From positions 94,694,560 to 94,758,559 of the forward strand of contig NC_068983.1 in NCBI RefSeq assembly GCF_001194135.2: 64,000 nucleotides of DNA. Direction: 5' to 3'. Position numbers and translations under genes: made by a program. The DNA is from Octopus bimaculoides (Eukaryota). Under the pieces are notes generated by a model, which worked only from the letters and a program-made list of their open reading frames with translations, was not told the origin of the DNA and ran no database searches. Below, in pieces: positions 53,461 to 64,000 of this stretch (positions are counted from its first letter, which is position 1; each line of letters opens with the position of its first letter).

Positions 53461-53700
53461 ATTTACATTTGACAGATATTTGTCCTCATCTTGTTTGTTG
53501 TTAANNNNNNNNNNAACACATTTCGGCTGATATACCATCCAGCCTTCATCAGGTGTCTTGGGGAGATTTTGAACCTGGTTTCTCATTCCTAAGGTATTTT
53601 TCGATTATTATTATTCAAGTTACAACAAACAAGACGAGGACAAATATCCATCAAATGTAAATAATGTACATNNNNNNNNNNTCCATCAAATGTAAATAAT
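53461..53700. mobile_element. Short element with ~45-bp inverted ends containing a hammerhead motif (Penelope-LTR-like)
   Basis: tttacatttgacagatatttgtcctcatcttgtttgttg ... caacaaacaagacgaggacaaatatccatcaaatgtaaa. Confidence 0.65.
53515..53557 (-). ncRNA. Hammerhead ribozyme motif (helix III apparently deleted)
   Basis: GACAC-CUGAUGA-A-GGCUG(GAUGGUAUAU)CAGCC-GAAA-U-GUGUU: perfect stem II and stem I pairing GACAC/GUGUU; next to an N gap. Confidence 0.6.
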
Positions 53701-55222
53701 GTACATAATTCCTCATCTCTTAAATAAATATAGAACCAGATTATTTCCTGTCAGTATTGTTGTTATTCTCTACCTTGTGGAATACATTACATGACTAACT
53801 ATATGCTGCTTATTTGCGTGTTTCTATTCAAGTGCTTTATTCCATCTACCCTTGATTCACACAGAACAGCTGTACATTTCAAAATCTGCTGAAATATTCC
53901 TTTGTCACTTCAACTTTACTCACAATACAAAGACATGCAACATTCTCATCAGTTTCAAAATGCTTGTAGCATTTATTTTTGGAGATAGGTCATTGATATC
54001 CATGATACTCAACTTGAAGGGCAGTAACTCTGAGTAAGAATTGACTGATCTTGACAACCCACTCAACCCATACCAGCTTGGAAAGTGGATACAAAAACAA
54101 TGATGTATATGTGTGTGTGATAACAAACAACTGGGAAGGAGTTTATATACTGCCAGACTGAACTCATGAAATACTAGTCTCAATATACAAAGACAAAGGA
54201 TCTAAATTTTGGTGTAATAATTAATGTCATATTACTTTCTCAAAGTTCATTCAGAAGGTTTTTATCCATCTGCTCATCTTCAGTAGTACTCAATACACAA
54301 TCTTGTTTTAGATCAGGTTGGGGTATTATGGACATTGTTTTTCTCAACTTCTAGTAAAATGTATCAAGCAACAGGTGCTTCTATATCAAGTTTTTGTTGA
54401 CTAATCTAAAGCCTTAATCATTGTCGAAAGTTCTTGAAAAGTTGAGTTATTTGCCAAATTTTGTGAACATGTTTCAGGAACTATGTAGTAACATGAAGGC
54501 TTGAGTCACTTCAGAAGCCAACTTTATAATGAAATTGATATAGACAATATAGTTAAACAGGATGTTTCCAATATGCTTTGTTTTGTATTCTACTTCTTCT
54601 TTTCAAATATGTACCATAAATAATATGAACAGTCTTTGACCTGAAAAGATTCAACTGTGTAAGATGACTTACAAAGAAAAGTGCTGGGGTCGATTTACTC
54701 AACTAAAGGTGGTGCTCCAGCATGGCCGCAGTCNNNNNNNNNNNNNNNNNNNNNNNNNNNNNNNNNNNNNNNNNNNNNNNNNNNNNNNNNNNNNNNNNNN
54801 NNNNNNNNNNNNNNNNNNNNNNNNNNNNNNNNNTATGCTGATGACACAAAGATATCTCAGGCAATAAAGAATCCTGATGATGTATTGAGTGCCATACACA
54901 GAAAAATGTTTTCACAATAAATTCTGAAATAATCGAAATCTACACCATCTGAAGCGTATTTGTTGAAAATTTCATTGAAAGTATCCATTTTTCTGGAAGC
55001 TATGAGAAAACAAAATCAGGAGGGGCACACATCATCGCATTTAATTATTCATTGTGAAAAATAAAGAGTATTTATTCATACCAGTTTCCTGTCTATATGT
55101 ATACATATATACCGATAGCTATAAATCTACCTACTACATCTAAACTCATTATTGAAAAAATAAATATTCATATGAACTCATTATTGACAAATAAATATTC
55201 AAAAGAAAAAGAACAATCTTAC

Positions 55223-55280
55223 CATTGCCTGCACCGGTAATTAGTACCACTTGTCCATCGAACTGTAGCGGCGAAGCCAT
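55223..55280 (-). CDS. HSD17B4: First coding exon of peroxisomal multifunctional enzyme type 2 (D-bifunctional protein)
   Basis: The minus strand reads aacagacATGGCTTCGCCGCTACAGTTCGATGGACAAGTGGTACTAATTACCGGTGCAGGCAATG|gtaaga = MASPLQFDGQVVLITGAGN(G). Compare human [20 protein letters not shown]. It carries the start of the SDR TGxxxGxG motif, a strong donor, and 58 coding nt, the same length as I recall for human exon 1. Confidence 0.88.
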
Positions 55281-55520
55281 GTCTGTTGACACAAATGATG
55301 GTAGGTGTTGATTACGCATTGAGAGTTATCTCCCCCTATTTCAACAGCTTGCTTCAGCAATAGAAGAAAAAAGTGAACTTTGGTCTGGGGACTTAACGAT
55401 GTCGATATTGCCTATGAAGCGGAGTAGGAAGAGAACAAACATGAACACACACGCACATGGTGGGTCAAAAGTCATTCACAATATAAATTCGATACACTCC
55501 GAGATTGTCAGACATGCTTC
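55281..55520 (-). promoter_or_regulatory. Probable 5' UTR and proximal promoter of HSD17B4
   Basis: Non-repetitive, relatively CpG-richer stretch directly upstream of the ATG. The transcription start site cannot be determined from sequence alone. Confidence 0.35.
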
Positions 55521-55740
55521 AATTTTTCTAAAACTGAATTAAGTTAATAAAATAGTGATGAATGCATACATATTTGTACAACATGAACAAAATTAATAAT
55601 AATGATGGTAATAATAATATTTAACGCAATACAATACCGGGAAGAGTTTGCACACTCCCAACAGTATTTTGCCTGGCGTGCTAACGATTCTGCTAACGAT
55701 TCTGCCAGCTCACAGCCTTAATAACGATGATGATAATGAT

Positions 55741-58700
55741 TTCTTTATTAACCACAAGGGTTTACATTAAGAAAACATTATGGACAGTGGAGGACAAAGC
55801 AAAGAATGTGTATGAGAGTGTGTTGTGAAGGTTTTGCATGTAAACAAGACTAACAAAATTATAAGAAAGGAAGGAAGAAAGAGATCAACAATGTGTAATT
55901 CTCAATAGGGAGGAGTCGTTCGAAAGCTGCTCATGGAAAAACCCCATAAAAAAACTGTGGGTACCCTGACTTTTGGGGCAGGTACCTATTTTCCTTGCCT
56001 TTTTTTTTTTTTTTCAACAACAGGCATATGCTCAGGGCATGCCCGTTCACTTACACCATTCTCGCCACTTTCATCTACCTTTCAGCAAACTGGCCAGAAG
56101 ACAATACTTCCCTCTCTACCCTTATTTTCCTTATCAAGTAAAACTTGAAGAAGTTGATTAGGGATTGGCCTAAGAGAAAAGTGTTTGTCTTCGGTTCCTT
56201 CAATCTCATCCACCATACAACCTCTTTCACCATGAACACCAGGCAAATAAACACAGTGTAGCGGGATGATGTAGCAAAAGATGTTGTTGAGGTAGAAGAT
56301 AAAATAGGCATGTGTTCGACATCAAAGTAAAACAATGGGAAAGCATCAGATTGTGGTTTAAATAATTTGTTTTACTGACAACTGTATTTATATGTTTTAT
56401 ACACCAGAAAATTCACCTCATGACATTACCAACTTGCTTCGAGTTGGCGAAGTAGAAAATAAACAGGGGAAATACTGTGTCAATGTGATGAGGTAGAACC
56501 GAGCATGTTTTGTGTCTGTGTGTGCATTGGTGGTGTCTGTTTATGTTCTGTGACTGCTACTGTGTTGGGTCGTTCATGCAGAATATGTGGTTTTATGTTG
56601 GCTGCTTGACTGGCACAAGTTAACAGCTGGCTGTCTTCTTGTCTCTTGACCTGGTGATGGCTATCTGCCTCATGTCGTATGTCTGACTGTATTTATAATG
56701 GTCATGACAACTAGAAGGACAGACATACCACAGGAGTAATTTCTACCTATGTAGGTCGTTTCCTGTCCATTTGAACCTTAAACGACACAGCTCTGGTCAT
56801 AGGTTGAAGAGAAATCCATTCATCACTTTTTGACAGGACAAAGGAATTTTTTCGTGCCTGTTTGGCCAGTGGTGGATCAGATGAGTGAGAATCCTAAGAT
56901 TCTGTTTTGAATCTCAGCTCGGAAAAAGGAAGTGTTAGTTTCTTCGATACCCAATGTCTCCCCAAGAATGTTGTCACACTTTTCCTCCACTAATCCTCTA
57001 TAAAAAGCTAAAGTGAACGTTCCACCTATTGCAGTGTCCACTTTCCAAATGCTCCCCCTCGGTCTGTTTTACCCAGGGCTGCAGCTCTGTTAAAGAAACT
57101 AGCTGCAGAAATGCATGTCTGGCAAACAGTAACAACACCTGTTCACTGTCAAGGAAGCACTGAAGATGTCGTAGTCTCAGCACATGTCAGTGTATCATCA
57201 ACTACAGCATGCCCAGGCCACCATTCAGCAAGTATTGACAGCAGATAGCCCACCTGATCATCAGAACGTGTCCCTTCCACAAGAAGCAGAAGAGTATATG
57301 CTCAAGCATAATCAGAGGGTGGTCAGGACAAGGCATGACGGTCGAGCGATAGTAGCTGACAGGCACGATATATGTGTTAGCCACCTCTGCCCAACCTGTC
57401 AGGGATGGCTTTCTCTCGGCCCATTTCTGGGTGAGAGTAGTCACCCTACTTGTTACCTCATCCTATTTTTTGTGCCTCTGTAGGTCCAGACAGAACCATA
57501 CCCCAAGCAATTTAACCAGTCCATACATCCAACACCCAACGACACAATTGAATGGCATGGACTTGCTTCTCCAGGTGCCAAGCTGCAAGCCCACTGATTT
57601 TTCCTGGTTGATCGGTGCTCCAGAAACTGCCTCACAGTCCCTGAGTGCATAGCCAATCATTTCCATGTGTTTATGATCTTATACCACAACAGTGACGTCA
57701 TCAGCATATGTCGACATGCATTTTCCACAATGCTTCTCAATGCCTCCAATTTGTGTAGTAGTGGCTCGAGAGTCAGTACATACAAGAGAGACAAGAGGGG
57801 GAAACCTTGCCGGACTGAGCGCATGATGCTGAATGGTTCTGAGAGGTAACCATTCACTCTGGCCACTAAACAGATACTGCTGTGCATTGCAGCAATCCAG
57901 CCCTTGAATACAGGCCCGAAACCAGCTGCCTTGAGGACCGCCACCATGGTTGACCCTATCAAAACCTTTAGACTGATCTAAATTGATCAGGGCGCCACCT
58001 GTGCCAGGTTCTTTAGCCACTTTCTCAATGATGTATTGCATGAGGTGGAGGTTTTTGTGTCTGTACCTCCCCTACCAAATCTCTGACGACAAGTGCCAAC
58101 TTCATAGCTAACACCTTGGCCAAAATTTTGAATTCTGCATTCAGCAGAGTTTTGGGCCTAAAGTTGTCAATACAATCCCCCTTATTCAGGTCTTTTCTCA
58201 GCAATTTCAACACTCCTCAGCTCACAAAACTGGGAATTCTCCCATTCTGATGCCAGTTGCAGTAAACGTTTGCTAAGAGGTCACCAAACAAATCTGGTAT
58301 ATAAGCATAAAGCTCATAGAGAAGACCATCCAAACTAGGCAATTCACCCCTCATGCAGCTAGCCATTGCTTCCCATATTCCAAAGGCTGTTATTGGGCTT
58401 TCCCAGCACTCTACCTCCGTCGCTGAGAGCCGCATCAGTTTGTCAAGGTAGGAAGTGAAATCTATCCAGCTCACCACTGCTCCCTAACAGTTGAGCGAAG
58501 CGCCACTGAAAGGCCACACACATCTGTCTTGGATCAGTTACCATTTGCTCATCGTGGTCTGGCAAGGATCAGATCATGGATTTATTGCCACACCATGCCT
58601 CTGCCATTCGGACCCATTGAATGGCTTTTGTCTCTTCATATCTAAGTGCTCGTGCCTTATCTCTGGCAATGCAACCTTTGTGTTTCATGTTGAAGAATTG

Positions 58701-59700
58701 GTTGAGTGCCAATCTCGCTGCAAGCATGTTGGTCGTGATGCCTTTTCTTAAAGCCTTGTCTAACTTTTTTGACTAGCCCTGCCTCTACTCTGTTTCTTTA
58801 TACTACTAGTCCTTTGCTAAGCCTTATCAATTCTGTTCTAATTGCCCTTTTCAGGACGAACCACCATTTATTGTTGATTATTGTCCCCATCAATGCCCAC
58901 TTAACTAGTTCACTAATCCGGTCACTGAAATCTTTATGCACCAGCAATGACATGCTCAGCTTCCAGTAACCAGGTCCCCATCTTTGAAGCCTATCTAAGT
59001 TGACTGTACAGATCATGAATTTGTGGTATGTGTAGTCAACTACTTTAAACTGTGGACAACCTGTGCTATCCTTATCTGCCACTCTACAGAGTGCCCTATC
59101 TAGGAAATAATCTGGATGACCCAATGCAGTTTGACCAGATCCACACTGGAACATCCGGGAAATCCAGTCAATACCTGTCAGACATTTGGAATCATCTGAG
59201 CAGGTTTGTGATACTTGTGCACCCTCCTTTCCTATCTGCTAAACCTACATAGTCCTACTTTACATCTAAAGCTTCATTCCAATCCCCACCTAACACTAAA
59301 GAGCATGACATTCCCAGACATCTGAAGAAATCTGGTCGTCCTGTCCCTGTCAGAGTATAGGCGGCAACTAGTTGAAAGTATGTCCTTCACTGCCTGTCAT
59401 GTCCAGGACCACCAACTTACCTTCCAGATCCATGAAGATCATCTATATTGCAAGATCCAGATTTTTCTGAACCATCACAGTGACTCCACCTCCAGCTTCC
59501 AGACGACTTGGAGATACATACACTTCATAGTCACCAAAAATGAGTTGGAAGTCCTGTGAGTCAGAGATTCTGCTTTCACTAATGGCGACTATGTCAACAT
59601 TCAGTGCCCTGAAGTCATTGAGGAGGTGACCCCACTTCCAAGGCAACCCTAGGCCATGTACGTTCATGCTGTCTGTTTTGTACACAACCATGGTGTTGGA
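55741..59700 (-). mobile_element. Tx1/L1-clade LINE ORF2 pseudogene (APE endonuclease, RT, C-terminus, 3' UTR) with a nested insertion
   Basis: SMNVHGL...DIVAISESR; WGPGYWKL; DGLLYELY; FRPKTLLNAEFKILAKVLA; LINLDQSKGFDRVNH; SVRQGFPLLSLLYVLTLEPL; YADDVT; KEVVWWMRLK; minus-strand AATAAA near 55745. Confidence 0.9.
56257..56709. mobile_element. Candidate solo LTR nested in the Tx1 element
   Basis: Begins tgtagcgg, ends catgaca (TG...CA), ~450 bp, and interrupts the Tx1 reading frame. No clear target-site duplication. Confidence 0.45.
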
Positions 59701-60232
59701 AAAAGGAAAGAAAAGAAAAGAAAAACTTACTTGGTTTTGTTTGGAAGGGCAGATTGCTCATCCAAACAAAACCAAGTAAGTTTTCTCTTTCTTTGGCTTG
59801 GGGTGTTTCCAACAGTAAATCACTAAGAATTATCTCAAAAATCTCCAATTTCCTGTGGGAATTAGGTTTTTAAGTGTGTGTATGTGTTTTGTGTTGTTTG
59901 AATGATTTGTATGTATGCAGGTAGGGAGATTGTGGGTATGACAAAATCGTCTGGTGTAATGTTTGTGTGTGTTATTATGTACTTCATTAATTCATTGCTT
60001 TTTGTGCTTATTGCCATGTAGTTTATTATGTTAGGTGACTTTTGGTGCACTCTGTGTATGTGTGTATATATATATATATTTGAAGAACCTACAAGAATAG
60101 GTGCAAGCGCTAATATTTATAAAACATGGGACATATTAATAAAAATCTGTAGATGTACAACCATCCAGATATCTGAGTACCTTATTATTTTTTCTAATAT
60201 AGAATTCCTGTACATCACCTCCAAACCTTCCA

Positions 60233-60272
<40 letters not shown>

Positions 60273-60399
60273 ATGTAAACAAGTTCTCACTAATTGTAAA
60301 AGGTTATGATTTAGAAGTTGATACATCGAAGTTACCAATTCTAAACATCATTGTGAATACGTAGGTATAGATATGTTGATGGCTGTGAAACTAGGTGTA

Positions 60400-60611
60400 C
60401 AGTGATCCCTCGACTATCGCAAGTGTTATGTTCCAACCCCCAACCCCTGTAATAGGTGAAAATCCACGAAGTAGAAACAGTACTGTACTGTATATTCTTT
60501 TTATTATTTATATAATTTGTATCTATATATTTTATTATAAATGCAAAACAACACCACGGAGGAATCAACATAAACTTAAATAATAAACCACGATATGGTG
60601 AGGGATAACTG
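60400..60611. mobile_element. pogo/Tigger-like MITE
   Basis: TA|cagtgatccctcgactatcgc ... cacgatatggtgagggataactg|TA imperfect TIRs around an AT-rich core. Confidence 0.75.
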
Positions 60612-60799
60612 TATGTTATACATTTTTTCAATGTTTATTTACAAAATTTAATATTTGAATAATTGCTGATTCAAATGTCTCGAGTTTAACAATGTATGTG
60701 AGAATGCTTGACTGTTAAAAGTATTTATATGCTTGCAAATGTGACAGGCAACCGGTCAGTCAGCTGTCGGTGCTGTTAGTTATATTGAAGTAGCGATAG

Positions 60800-61136
60800 T
60801 AAAAGACCACCTTCAGTCATGAATGACCGTGGGATTGCACCTAGAGAGTTCCCCTCCAAGGCACAAGTCCAAGCAAGGTTATTTATGGAAGACCTGCAGT
60901 CGCCCATGCATACCAGCCTCCCCTCTCCATGCCACTGATGTTATCCAAGGGAAAGACAAAGGCCGATACAGCTTGACACCAGTGACATCACAACACATTT
61001 CTACAGCTGAGTGAACTAGAGCAACATGAAATAAAGTGCCTTGCTCAAGAAGACAACACACAATCTGGTCCGGGAATCGAACTTCTTATCTCATGATTCT
61101 AAGCTCGACACACTAATCACTGAACCATGCACCTTC
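60800..61136 (-). mobile_element. tRNA-head CORE-type SINE
   Basis: Minus-strand head at ~61070-61136 (rc ...tggttcagtgattag...gttcgattcccgg), followed by cttgagcaaggcacttt. Confidence 0.7.
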
Positions 61137-62309
61137 ATCATAGTGTGATGGTGGTGGAGAAGGAAAACCTTCTGTGATGTGTTGAAGTGATGATGATGGT
61201 GGTAACGGTTTTGTTTTTCGTGCTGATGTAAGACATTTGGTGCCTTGTGTTGAAGAGACAAAACTGTTCGACTAATTAGCAGAGATTAGATATGCAATCT
61301 TCCATAGCAGGACGTGAACTTGCATTGCCACATTGCAGATTTCATGTCACAACATAGCAAGGCTTGATCATGTGTGCAGCTAAGTTATGTCCAGTCAAAA
61401 GCCAGACGTCATGTGAAAGATGATTCTGGAAGGCCCTTGAACATTTCCTATAAGGCCTATAAATAGAGTTCTTTTTGGTACCAAACTCCAGTGGTCATGG
61501 TAGGAAATATACACTTTCTTAGTTGTTCTAAAGATTGCATACTTAAACAATATGTGATTGTAGTAGAACACAATGGAATGATGCATGTATATACATTTCC
61601 TGCGTTTGATCCAGCCCCAGTGGTAAATTTTGATATCCAGCTTCATCATACTGACTCTATGTGTATATTTGTAATGCATGACCAACTTCATATGACTTGT
61701 GCGGCGATAATAAACCATGTTTAACTGTATGCTTAGTGTTGCTAAATTATTACACACAGCTTCTGCAAACCAACCAGCAATCATCGCAACAACACATCCC
61801 AGCAAGATTAGTGTGATTCAAGCAACAAATTCATTGAAAAGTTAATATGGTGACTTGGTTGTATATGGGAATGATATGCAGCCTAACCAAATATCCATTG
61901 CCCACTTAACCAAACCACTCATTCTTGTTTCAGTATCGATTGAATAGTAGGACGTAAACTTGTTTTCTTATATATTTGAAGCAGAAAGACAAAACTATGA
62001 GACAGAAATTGCACAAAACCAAGCTAAAACTTCAAAAACTTTCCTGTCTTCAAAGCAAATACAAATATTAAACAGATATCAATAGGAGAACAAGCCAAGA
62101 TGTATCATAAGTGAATCAAAAGTTCAGGAGATCAGATCCTTGGCTAGATTTCCCGGTGTTGTGTGTGTGTGTGTATGAATATACACATGTTCAAAAAACT
62201 GAGAAACATAATTTAAGATAAAGTACTCAATAGCATAAGACAAAAATAATATAACTATACTATATAAAAATAGTTATTTGATTATTCACACACACACATA
62301 ACTTAATTG

Positions 62310-62401
62310 GAGGATGTGTAAACCTCATGAAGGGATGGTTTCATCCAAGGAAATACTGGTTCAATATCTAGTGTTTTAGGAGAATGGATTTTCTTAAAAT
62401 A

Positions 62402-62470
<69 letters not shown>

Positions 62471-63631
62471 ATATAGTTTATATTCAGTTAAAAGAAGAAA
62501 AGAAAATGGAGATTAGGAAGTTAATAATTGTTTATTATCAATAAACCTATCAGTAATGTACCTACAATGACAACTGGAAACAGCTGTAAACCAAATTACT
62601 CTAATAAAGGAAAATATGTAATGACCATTATTTGTAACTTTTTTTTTTTTTTTATATATATCACTAGGTGTAAAAACCAGTTTGTCTGGAGCCCATCCAC
62701 AGTTTTATAGTATAAAATTGTGATGTACCAAAACCTTGGACCCTATCACAAGATTACCTGGAGTTCTAATCTGAATAATATTGTTAGCCTGGTGTGTCAA
62801 TAGACAGCTTATTAATTATTTTTCCCAGATTGATAACCCCTTGCTATTAGTTATATATATAAAAGAACAAACAGAAAATGGAGATTGGGAAGTTTATTAT
62901 TAACAGCAAATTAAGCATCATCCCTGTTTCAATTAATACTCAGTGAATATTAAGTAAATATAAAAGTTATATGACCTGAGCATAATCTATATACCCTTGG
63001 ATGTTTAATATGTGTTTATGGATTCATTATAGTCTGTTATATTCAGTTAAAAGAAGAAAAGAAAATGGAGATTAGGAAGTTAATAATTGTTTATTATTAA
63101 TAAACCTATCAGTAATGTACCTATAATGACAACTGGAAACAGCTGTAAACCAAATTACTCTAATAAAGGAAAATATGTAATGACCATTATTTGTAACTTG
63201 TTTTTTATATATATATATCACTAGGTGTAAAAACCAGTTTGTCTGGAGCCCATCCACAGATTTATAGTTTGGAAAATTTGAGTAATTTTAGCCAATCAAC
63301 AGACAGCGAGGCATTAACAGCTAGTTACCACATAAAACATCCAAAGGTATATTTTTTCCCTCCGAAGATATTATGCTCAGGTCATATAAATTTAATATTT
63401 ACTGAGTATTAATTGAAACAGCTGTAAGGCATGGTGATTAATGCTGTTGATAATAAACAATTATTAACTTCCCAATCTCCATTTTCTTTTCTTCTTTTAT
63501 ATGAATATAAATTATATGTTTATATATACATATATCTATTATTTTAAGGAAATTCATTCCCCCCAAATACTAGGTATTGAACCAGTATTTCCTTGGATGA
63601 AACCATCCCTTCGTGAGGTTAACACAACCTC
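62310..63631. repeat. Composite element with long inverted ends and internal direct and inverted duplications
   Basis: 62310-62410 is inverted at 63535-63631; 62478-62702 is repeated directly at 63037-63259; 62860-63010 is inverted at 63330-63500. Confidence 0.85.
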
Positions 63632-64000
63632 GGAGATTTCTGCAGGACAATCTGTTGAAAGCCACCGACCAGATCTGTGGGTAGTGTAAGGTCCCCCCCT
63701 CGACCCAGAGTAACGAGGTGGTGGAACAAGGAGGTAGACAGGGCTATTAGACAAAAGAAACAGGCTTGGAAGGACTGGAAGAACGGTGGTAGCAGGGAAT
63801 TGTACCAATGTGCCAGAAGGGAGGCTAGGCGACAGGTTTATTTAGCCAGAGGGGAAGCAGATAAGAAAAGATTTGCCAATGTTCTGCGCCGTGAGGACCA
63901 AAGACTCGAGGTATTTCGTGTTGCAAGACAGTGTAGGAGAGAGAATAGTGATGTCGTAGGAGAGAAATGTGTTCGCATGGATGATGGTACACTTGCACTA
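63632..64000 (+). mobile_element. 5'-truncated RTE LINE ORF (endonuclease-RT linker), runs off the window
   Basis: RFLQDNLLKATDQICG*..RPRVTRWWNKEVDRAIRQKKQAWKDWKNGGSRELYQCARREARRQVYLARGEADKKRFANVLRREDQRLEVFRVARQCRRENSDVVGEKCVRMDDG; little decay, so probably young. Confidence 0.85.

Noticed and set aside
1-64000. tRNA genes suggested by A/B-box motifs
   Set aside because: All such motifs are heads of multi-copy SINEs followed by core and tail regions; none forms a convincing stand-alone cloverleaf.

Overview
AT-rich, repeat-dense eukaryotic DNA from a fragmented short-read assembly, with many N gaps; the 10-N gaps are usually flanked by 30-50 nt duplications. The SINE families and RTE LINE (ATG)n tails suggest an octopod cephalopod (inference). 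Two host genes are supported. (1) Synaptogyrin on the + strand: coding exons 2-4 at 33449-33727, 36674-36816 and 47259-47453 with consistent splice phases, probably a ~4 kb 3' UTR; exon 1 was not found. (2) The 58-nt first coding exon of peroxisomal multifunctional enzyme 2 (HSD17B4) on the - strand at 55280-55223. It is transcribed leftward over synaptogyrin and I found no further HSD17B4 exon in the window, which implies a nested or interleaved antisense arrangement. The rest is mobile DNA: tRNA-derived SINEs, RTE and Tx1/L1 LINE remnants, Tc1/mariner/pogo and piggyBac-like elements, solo LTR candidates, Helentron-like repeats, and Penelope-like remnants with hammerhead ribozyme motifs. Several long intronic fold-back structures are also present. 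All calls are by eye; no database search or folding was run, and repeat boundaries are approximate.
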